A stretch of DNA of 64,000 bases, from assembly GCA_964592375.1 (NCBI GenBank), contig CAZQDP010000001.1:12751-76750 (forward strand). Reading direction: 5' to 3'. Under the pieces are notes generated by a model. It had not been told where the DNA came from. It was given only the letters and a program-made list of their open reading frames with translations, and made no database searches. Positions within the stretch are counted from its first letter, which is position 1. Every line of letters starts with the position of its first letter. The DNA is from an uncultured Eubacteriales bacterium. Lineage in GTDB: Bacteria > Bacillota > Clostridia > RUG12999. Position numbers and translations under genes: made by a program. Shown piece by piece: positions 57,665 to 64,000 of the stretch.

Positions 57665-59342
57665 GCAAATTAAATGCAAACTGACCAGCATTATTCTCTT
57701 GGCACTTTCAAAGGCAGTGCAGGAGGGAGAACTCCCTGCCGCTGAATGTGATATTATCATTGAACGTCCACGTGAAAAACAGCATGGGGACTATGCCACG
57801 ACGCTGCCCATGCAGCTTGCAAAAATGGCAGGAAAACCGCCAAGGGTGATTGCAGACATTCTGATAAAACACTTTGATTATTCGGATAGCTATGTAGAGA
57901 GTGCATCTATTGCTGGCCCAGGGTATATCAATTTTACGCTCAATAAAAGATGGCTGATTGATGCGCTTTCCATTGTGGAGAAAAAGGGGAGCGATTATGG
58001 CCGCCAAAATATCGGATGTGGCAAAAAAGTGATGGTTGAGTTTGTTAGTGCCAATCCTACAGGTCCGATGCACATGGGTAATGCGAGAGGAGGCGCACTG
58101 GGAGATGCGCTAGCGGCGCTGTATGATTATACCGGTTATGATGTGGGCAGAGAATTTTATTTAAACGATGCGGGCAATCAAATCGAAAAACTAGCGAAAT
58201 CATTAGAGGCGCGGTATATTCAGCTACTTCGGGGAGAAAATGCAATTATCTTTCCGGAGGATGGCTATCAAGGCAAGGATATTATTTTCCACATGGAAAA
58301 TTTTATTGCACAGCATGGGGATAAGTATTTGGATGTGGACGGTGAGCTGCGTCGCAAAGCATTTGTTGACTATGTTCTTGCAATCAATATAGCGCAGCTT
58401 CGAAGTGATCTGGATAGATATAGAATTCAATATGATGTTTGGTTTTCCGAGTCTTCACTCTATGAAAGCGGAGATGTTGAAAATACCATAGAGGCTCTTA
58501 AAAAAAGCGATTTTGCTTATGAGAAAGAGGATGCACTATGGTTTAAATCCACTGCATTTGGTGCAGAAAAGGACGATGTACTGGTTCGAAACAATGGCAT
58601 TCCAACCTATTTTGCGGTGGATATTGCCTATCATCGGAATAAATTTGTAACAAGAGGCTTTGACCGTGTCATCAATATTTGGGGTGCAGATCACCATGGG
58701 CATGTAGCCAGAATGAAAGGTGCTATGCAAGCCATTGGGATTGATCCTGCAAGGCTTACTATTATTATTATGCAACTTGTCCGACTTGTGCAGGATAATG
58801 AGATTGTCAGAATGTCCAAGCGTACTGGTGAGATGGTAACCCTTCGTGATTTATTGGAGGACACTGGTGTGGATGCGGCAAGATTTTTCTTCAATATGCG
58901 CCAGGCGGACAGTCACTTAGAATTTGATATTGATTTAGCGGCCAAGCAGTCCAATGATAATCCTGTATTTTACGTGCAGTACGCCCACGCCCGCATATGT
59001 AGTATCCTGCGTTTGCTTTCTGAAGAAGGGATTGCGGAAAAGCCATGTGGTGAAATAGATTTCTCGCTTTTATTTGGCACGCAGGAGGAAACTGCCCTTA
59101 TGGAACGAATAGCCTCTTTCCCACAAGAGATTATGCAGGCCGCCGCAGATATGGAACCCTTCAAAATAACCAGATACGCAATGGATTTGGCATCTGACTT
59201 TCATAGCTTTTATAACGTATGCAAAGTGAAAGGTGATGATGTCGCCTTGATGCATGCACGACTTAAGCTTATTTCGGCTGTGCGTATTACCCTGGCAGGT
59301 GCACTGTCTATATTATCTGTTACCGCTCCGGAGAGGATGTAA
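57648..59342 (+). CDS. argS: Arginyl-tRNA synthetase
   Basis: It has the class I HIGH-like motif ANPTGPMHMGNARG, a DALR anticodon-binding domain and is 564 aa. Confidence 0.9.
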   Translation: MENIIEQIKCKLTSIILLALSKAVQEGELPAAECDIIIERPREKQHGDYATTLPMQLAKMAGKPPRVIADILIKHFDYSDSYVESASIAGPGYINFTLNKRWLIDALSIVEKKGSDYGRQNIGCGKKVMVEFVSANPTGPMHMGNARGGALGDALAALYDYTGYDVGREFYLNDAGNQIEKLAKSLEARYIQLLRGENAIIFPEDGYQGKDIIFHMENFIAQHGDKYLDVDGELRRKAFVDYVLAINIAQLRSDLDRYRIQYDVWFSESSLYESGDVENTIEALKKSDFAYEKEDALWFKSTAFGAEKDDVLVRNNGIPTYFAVDIAYHRNKFVTRGFDRVINIWGADHHGHVARMKGAMQAIGIDPARLTIIIMQLVRLVQDNEIVRMSKRTGEMVTLRDLLEDTGVDAARFFFNMRQADSHLEFDIDLAAKQSNDNPVFYVQYAHARICSILRLLSEEGIAEKPCGEIDFSLLFGTQEETALMERIASFPQEIMQAAADMEPFKITRYAMDLASDFHSFYNVCKVKGDDVALMHARLKLISAVRITLAGALSILSVTAPERM

Positions 59343-59345
59343 AAC

Positions 59346-60539
59346 TTGAACAAATGGTGTGTTTTGATATTGATTACAATATTGCTGAGCTCCACGGTAA
59401 AAGCGAAGGCACCTTACGATGGAGTGGCAAGCTGTAGGCAGGTGCTTGAAAACACGTATTTCGAGCTTGCAATGGATTATCCCAAAAGGGATGCCCTCAT
59501 TCAGATGGCTGCACTGGGAGTTATTCAATCCGATGTAGCCTTTTCGCCGGAAAAAGAGGTCAGTGTACTCGATGCCATGAAAGTAGCGGTCAGTGCCGCC
59601 GGCGCACTGGATGAGGCATACGGCCTTGCAGATGGGATTGATACCCCACGCAGTGAGGGCATACTGCTATATGCAAAAATGAGGCATGCCATCAGCTTGC
59701 AGGAATTCGAACAGTTAAAAGCAGGCGGCATGGATGGCGGGGTTGATCGGCAGAGTTTTGTAGGATGGCTTTCTATTTTCACCGGAATCGGCGAAAGTGA
59801 AGATAACTCCATGTTAATGCGATATGCCGACATGAATACAATTGATAAGCGTTATCTCTCTTATTATGCAAAGGCGGTAAAGCCTGTCAGTGGTTTTCCG
59901 AATACGGACGGCCGCTTATTGCCTGCCAAGATGCTTACCTATGAGTACATGCTCATGGTTTTGGATGCGTTTGAGTTGCCAATACTAAAACGGCGCGGTA
60001 TTCAAAAGCAGTTTGGATATATTTCAGCATTGAAAGATGAAAATGCGCAAAGGGAAATTGCAATCGAGGCGGAAGCAGATGTTCTCCATATCAAGTATCC
60101 CGTTGCAACCCTTGATTTTGACGGCATGCAAGGAAGTATTCCCGTGCTGTACAAAGGACAGGCAGATACCGCTGCCATTTTGCAAAAAGGAGATAGCATT
60201 TGGTATTATACAAAAGAAGAAAAAATTGTACTCATTCAAATTGAGGCGGGAAAGCCCAGGGCAAAGCGTGCCTATATCATAAAGGGAAAAGGATATGTTT
60301 ATGATCCGAAAAGTGGGGCCCTCATTGTCGATAATGTAGCGTCCTTAGGGGGCGGCACGCAAGCCGGGCTGCAAAGCATCTGCGTATCACCTACCGCAAA
60401 GGCCTATCAATGGGAGGGCGAAAAGCTATTAGCTATCTCGCGCGAGGAAATGGCAATTCTATGTATTGATAGACCAATGTACATTATCGGGAGTAGCGAT
60501 GGCGGAGTATTTAGAGCCAGCGGCGTGATTATGAATTGA
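59346..60539 (+). CDS. Hypothetical secreted protein
   Basis: It has a signal peptide (LILITILLSSTVKAKA). The TTG start follows the RBS GGAGAGGA. No motif was recognised. Confidence 0.45.
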   Translation: MNKWCVLILITILLSSTVKAKAPYDGVASCRQVLENTYFELAMDYPKRDALIQMAALGVIQSDVAFSPEKEVSVLDAMKVAVSAAGALDEAYGLADGIDTPRSEGILLYAKMRHAISLQEFEQLKAGGMDGGVDRQSFVGWLSIFTGIGESEDNSMLMRYADMNTIDKRYLSYYAKAVKPVSGFPNTDGRLLPAKMLTYEYMLMVLDAFELPILKRRGIQKQFGYISALKDENAQREIAIEAEADVLHIKYPVATLDFDGMQGSIPVLYKGQADTAAILQKGDSIWYYTKEEKIVLIQIEAGKPRAKRAYIIKGKGYVYDPKSGALIVDNVASLGGGTQAGLQSICVSPTAKAYQWEGEKLLAISREEMAILCIDRPMYIIGSSDGGVFRASGVIMN

Positions 60540-60570
60540 CATTTTCATAGATATATTGTATAATAACTGA
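60536..60570 (+). promoter_or_regulatory. Sigma-A-type promoter for greA (TTGACA, 17 nt spacer, TATAAT)
   Basis: Read directly from the sequence. Confidence 0.5.
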
Positions 60571-60595
60571 AATTGACAAAACGGAAGGAATGATA

Positions 60596-61087
60596 ATGGG
60601 TATGGCAGAAAAAAAAGAATTTAAAATGATCAGAAGCGAATATAATAAGCTCACAGAGCAACTGGATTTTTTAAAGAATGATAAAAGCAAAGAAATTGCA
60701 GACAGACTCAATCAAGCAAGAGGATATGGCGACTTATCTGAGAATGCAGAATATGATGCAGCCAAAACAGAGCAAAGCGAAAACTTTGAAAAAATCAAAG
60801 AGCTTGAGGATATGCTGAAATACGCCAATGTAATTGACGAGGATAAAATTGATTATTCCACGGTGAATATCGGCACAAAGGTAGTCGTGTTCGATTATGA
60901 ACTGGATCAGGAAATATCCTATTTAATCACAGGCCAGGCAGGATATGATCCTCTTAGCAATAAAATATCCGATGATTCCCCGATGGCAAAAGCACTCATG
61001 GGTCAAAAAGTTGGAGATGAAGTGGTTGCCGATACGCCAGGCGGCTCGATTAAAATGAAAATTTTGAAAATTGATAAAAGCAAATGA
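60596..61087 (+). CDS. greA: Transcription elongation factor GreA
   Basis: It has an N-terminal coiled-coil and a C-terminal FKBP-like domain with GYGDLSENAEYDAAK. Confidence 0.85.
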   Translation: MGMAEKKEFKMIRSEYNKLTEQLDFLKNDKSKEIADRLNQARGYGDLSENAEYDAAKTEQSENFEKIKELEDMLKYANVIDEDKIDYSTVNIGTKVVVFDYELDQEISYLITGQAGYDPLSNKISDDSPMAKALMGQKVGDEVVADTPGGSIKMKILKIDKSK

Positions 61088-61115
61088 TAAGCCTTTGGAA
61101 AGGATTGGGAAATAG

Positions 61116-62597
61116 ATGAGTGAAGAGATAAGCTACGAAAAGGAACTCAGTGAAATTCTGCAAATCAGGCAGGACAAGCTGAGCCAATTGAGACAGGACG
61201 GGAAAGATCCCTTTGAACAGGTGCGTTTTGATAGAGATACGTCTACCAAGGATATACTTGGAGATTTTGTTAATCTGCAGGGAAAAACCGTGGCAGTTGC
61301 CGGTCGTCTTTTATCCAAAAGAGGGATGGGTAAGGTATCTTTCTGTGATTTGCATGATAGAGAGGGAAAAATTCAGCTGTATGTACGATTTGATATTCTG
61401 GGCGAAGAAACCTTTGCACGGTTTAGGAAATATGATATTGGTGATATTGTAGGTGTAAAGGGCGAAGTATTCAAAACAGATAAAGGTGAGATTTCCATCA
61501 AGGTTTTTGAAATTGAATTATTATCCAAGTCCTTGCGCCCGCTACCTGAAAAATGGCATGGACTAAAGGATACGGATCTTCGATATCGCCAGCGATATGT
61601 GGATTTAATCATAAATCCGGATGTGAGAAATACTTTTGTTGCAAGAACAAAGATTATTCGTGGTATCAGAGAGTATTTAGATAATCGGGGATACCTTGAG
61701 GTGGAAACCCCTATTTTAAACACGTTGTCCGGCGGTGCTGCCGCAAGACCTTTTGTAACGCACCATAATACACTGGATCTGGATATGTTTCTTCGCATTG
61801 CAACCGAGCTTCATTTAAAGCGTCTCATTGTCGGTGGGCTTGAAAAGGTATATGAAATCGGCAGGATTTTTAGAAATGAAGGCATGTCCATCAAGCACAA
61901 CCCCGAGTTTACAACCATAGAGCTGTATGAAGCATATACGGATTATAAAGGGATGATGGATCTTTGTGAGGGACTGATTTCAACCGTTGCAAAGAATGTA
62001 TGCGGCACAAACAAAATTACTTATCAGGGCACGGAAATTGATCTTTCGCCCGGATGGGAAAAGATAACGATGGTGGATGCTATTTTAAAATACACCGGCA
62101 TCAATTTTAAAGAAATAAAAACCATAGAGGAAGCAAAAGCAGCCGCGCAAAGCGTTCATGTGCATATCGAAGGGACTCTTCCTATGGGAGAGATTATTTA
62201 TAAAGTGTTTGATGAATGTGTAGAGGAAAAGCTGATTGCCCCCACCTTTATCCTAGATTATCCTGTGGAGGTCTCACCCCTTGCAAAACGAAAGGCATCT
62301 GACCCTGCTTTTACGGAAAGATTTGAGTTTTTTATTTATGGCAGAGAAATGGGAAATGCATTTTCGGAATTAAACGATCCCATAGATCAAAAGGAGCGCT
62401 TTTTGGATCAGCTAAAGAAGCGCGAAGCCGGTGATGAAGAAACAGAAATGATGGATGAGGATTATATCAATGCATTGGAATATGGCTTGCCGCCGACAGG
62501 TGGTATGGGAATTGGTATTGATAGACTGGTCATGCTATTAACAGATAGCTATTCCATTCGTGATGTTTTGCTTTTCCCGACCATGAAACCAATATAA
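61116..62597 (+). CDS. lysS: Lysyl-tRNA synthetase (class II)
   Basis: It has an OB-fold anticodon-binding N-terminus and class II motifs FRNEG and [14 protein letters not shown]. Confidence 0.95.
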   Translation: MSEEISYEKELSEILQIRQDKLSQLRQDGKDPFEQVRFDRDTSTKDILGDFVNLQGKTVAVAGRLLSKRGMGKVSFCDLHDREGKIQLYVRFDILGEETFARFRKYDIGDIVGVKGEVFKTDKGEISIKVFEIELLSKSLRPLPEKWHGLKDTDLRYRQRYVDLIINPDVRNTFVARTKIIRGIREYLDNRGYLEVETPILNTLSGGAAARPFVTHHNTLDLDMFLRIATELHLKRLIVGGLEKVYEIGRIFRNEGMSIKHNPEFTTIELYEAYTDYKGMMDLCEGLISTVAKNVCGTNKITYQGTEIDLSPGWEKITMVDAILKYTGINFKEIKTIEEAKAAAQSVHVHIEGTLPMGEIIYKVFDECVEEKLIAPTFILDYPVEVSPLAKRKASDPAFTERFEFFIYGREMGNAFSELNDPIDQKERFLDQLKKREAGDEETEMMDEDYINALEYGLPPTGGMGIGIDRLVMLLTDSYSIRDVLLFPTMKPI

Positions 62598-62612
62598 CAA
62601 AGGATAATCATA

Positions 62613-63281
62613 ATGCAAAAGGATTTTATAAAAGAATATAAAATGACAGATAGAAAGTTTTGGGAAAACTATTGGTATTATTACAAAAGCCTGACACTTT
62701 GGAGCTTGTTTTTCGTTTTTATCATTGCCTATGCAGTCGGGAGTTGTATGCGAAATATAACGCCTGATATCCCAATGATGATGATTACAAAGACAACCAC
62801 ATGGTCCGAGAGAATGGCCACTTTGGAAGAAATGCTATCACTTGGAATTGAGGACATCAATTCAGACGGCAAAAAAAGAGTCGGAATTAACACTGTGTTT
62901 ATGGGTGAACCGTCCAATCCGCTTGCATACTCTTCTGCGCTTCAAAAGGCAGACGTCAGCTTTGCGGTGGGTGACATTTATCTATTTTTGGTTGACCAAA
63001 CTGCCTTTGACAGATATAACGAAGCCGGTGCATTCGCGGATTTATCAGGTATGCTTGGCAAGTATCCTGCGCTGCGTGAAAAGATTGTGTACGAAAGCGG
63101 TGTGCCTGTTGCCGTTGACATTACTAGCAGTAAGCTTGCAAAGAGCGTAGAATATACTGGGGATAAATTGTACTTGGGCATGCGAATTATGTTAGATAGT
63201 CAAAAGGAAGATAAAAAATACCTTACATTATATGAGCAGTCACAGATGCTGCTGCAACGCATTTCAACTGACGGATGGTAA
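62613..63281 (+). CDS. Hypothetical membrane-anchored protein
   Basis: It has one N-terminal TM helix and a soluble domain; no motif was recognised. Confidence 0.4.
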   Translation: MQKDFIKEYKMTDRKFWENYWYYYKSLTLWSLFFVFIIAYAVGSCMRNITPDIPMMMITKTTTWSERMATLEEMLSLGIEDINSDGKKRVGINTVFMGEPSNPLAYSSALQKADVSFAVGDIYLFLVDQTAFDRYNEAGAFADLSGMLGKYPALREKIVYESGVPVAVDITSSKLAKSVEYTGDKLYLGMRIMLDSQKEDKKYLTLYEQSQMLLQRISTDGW

Positions 63282-63287
63282 AAAAGA

Positions 63288-63335
63288 AGCCGGAGAGGCG
63301 GATGGAAACATGCCTCTCCGGTTTATTTTATGCAT
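63288..63335 (+). terminator. Rho-independent terminator
   Basis: The hairpin CCGGAGAGGC...GCCTCTCCGG is followed by TTTATTTT. Confidence 0.65.
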
Positions 63336-63422
63336 TCACATCTTTTTAAGTTAAAATGTATTGACATTGAATGAAATTATGATAATATATTTAAAAATCA
63401 ACGATCAATAAGGGAGAAGACA

Positions 63423-64000
63423 AATGACATTTGAAGAAATGCGTATTGAGAAAATGGTGAAAGATTTAGGCAAGCTTATCTTTTCGCAAAAGCAAAAGGT
63501 GGATGATGTATTTTACTGCGAAGGAAAGGAAAAAGCAAATTTACTGCCGTTTGAACCGGGTAAGCTTTGGGGCGGAGTAGATAAGCATTACTGCTTTACA
63601 ATGGATATTACTTTGCCGAAGGTTTTTGAAGGCAAGCGAGTTGGGCTTTGCATTACCACCGGAAAGGAAGGGCAGTGGGATGCAACCAATCCGCAAATGA
63701 TCATCTATGTGAATGGCGAAATTGTGCAAGGACTTGACGTGAATCACACATACATCACGCTGAGCGAGAAGGCGGCGGCCGGTCAGCACTTTGATGTGGA
63801 GATTGAAGCATATTCTGGCATGAATGATTCTCTGAGTGGATTTATTCCCGAAATGTATATACACCAAGAGGAGATTGAAACATTATACTATCATTTGAAA
63901 ACAGCACTGGAATGTGCCGTATACACCGATTGCAATGAAAAAGCCTATGTTGATATCATGAAGTATTTATTAGTTGCTGTAAAAATGATTGATATAAGAG
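63423..64000 (+). CDS. Hypothetical protein, N-terminal part; it continues past the window end
   Basis: An ATG at 63423 follows an RBS (AAGGGAGAAG) and a TTGACA-16-TAATAT promoter (63363..63392). The frame is open to the window edge. It is absent from the supplied ORF track because it lacks a stop codon. Confidence 0.4.

Noticed and set aside
1-64000. CRISPR arrays, integrases, transposases or prophage genes
   Set aside because: I saw no regularly spaced direct repeats, no recombinase other than the XerD-like gene, and no phage structural genes. The tRNA-Glu flank carries only the TA pair and RadC. RadC is also chromosomal, next to lspA, in Bacillus.

Overview
This window is a chromosomal backbone segment from a spore-forming Firmicutes/Clostridia-type genome. 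Evidence for that: spoIIM, a GerW/YtfJ gene, a DacB-like carboxypeptidase, Rex, T-box regulation and Bacillus-like synteny. Most of it is housekeeping, almost all on the + strand.

Main content, in order:
- tRNA synthetases: hisS (3' end), aspS, tyrS, argS, lysS.
- A four-gene ABC-2 cassette: ATPase, permease, GldG-like protein and a DUF4340 protein.
- A site-2 protease-like gene, scpA and scpB.
- Sporulation genes: a YtfI-like gene, a GerW/YtfJ gene and a dacB-like gene, followed by rluB.
- murD, then three tandem M42 aminopeptidase paralogs.
- A minus-strand PfkB-kinase + SGNH-hydrolase pair.
- recG, then an aconitase, isocitrate dehydrogenase and GntR regulator cluster with a palindromic operator at its promoter.
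- rex, followed by an unusual fusion of an HprK-like P-loop domain with an Asp23 domain, a metallophosphoesterase and proC.
- spoIIM next to a degenerate XerD-like recombinase whose catalytic arginines are replaced by lysine.
- A minus-strand trp operon (trpE, a trpG-trpD fusion, trpC, trpF, trpB, trpA) with a T-box leader.
- A heterodimeric ABC exporter pair plus a short HlyD-like adaptor.
- tRNA-Glu(CTC) followed by a MNT/HEPN toxin-antitoxin pair, radC, lspA and rluD.
- A pyr operon (pyrR, pyrB, pyrC, pyrF, pyrK, pyrD).
- A CE7 esterase, a RodA/FtsW-family gene, murI, a DUF1934 gene, greA and several hypothetical secreted or membrane proteins.

There is no CRISPR array, integrase or transposase in the window. 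The most unusual items are the HprK-like/Asp23 fusion, the degenerate XerD paralog and the Cys-rich HisRS insertion domain.
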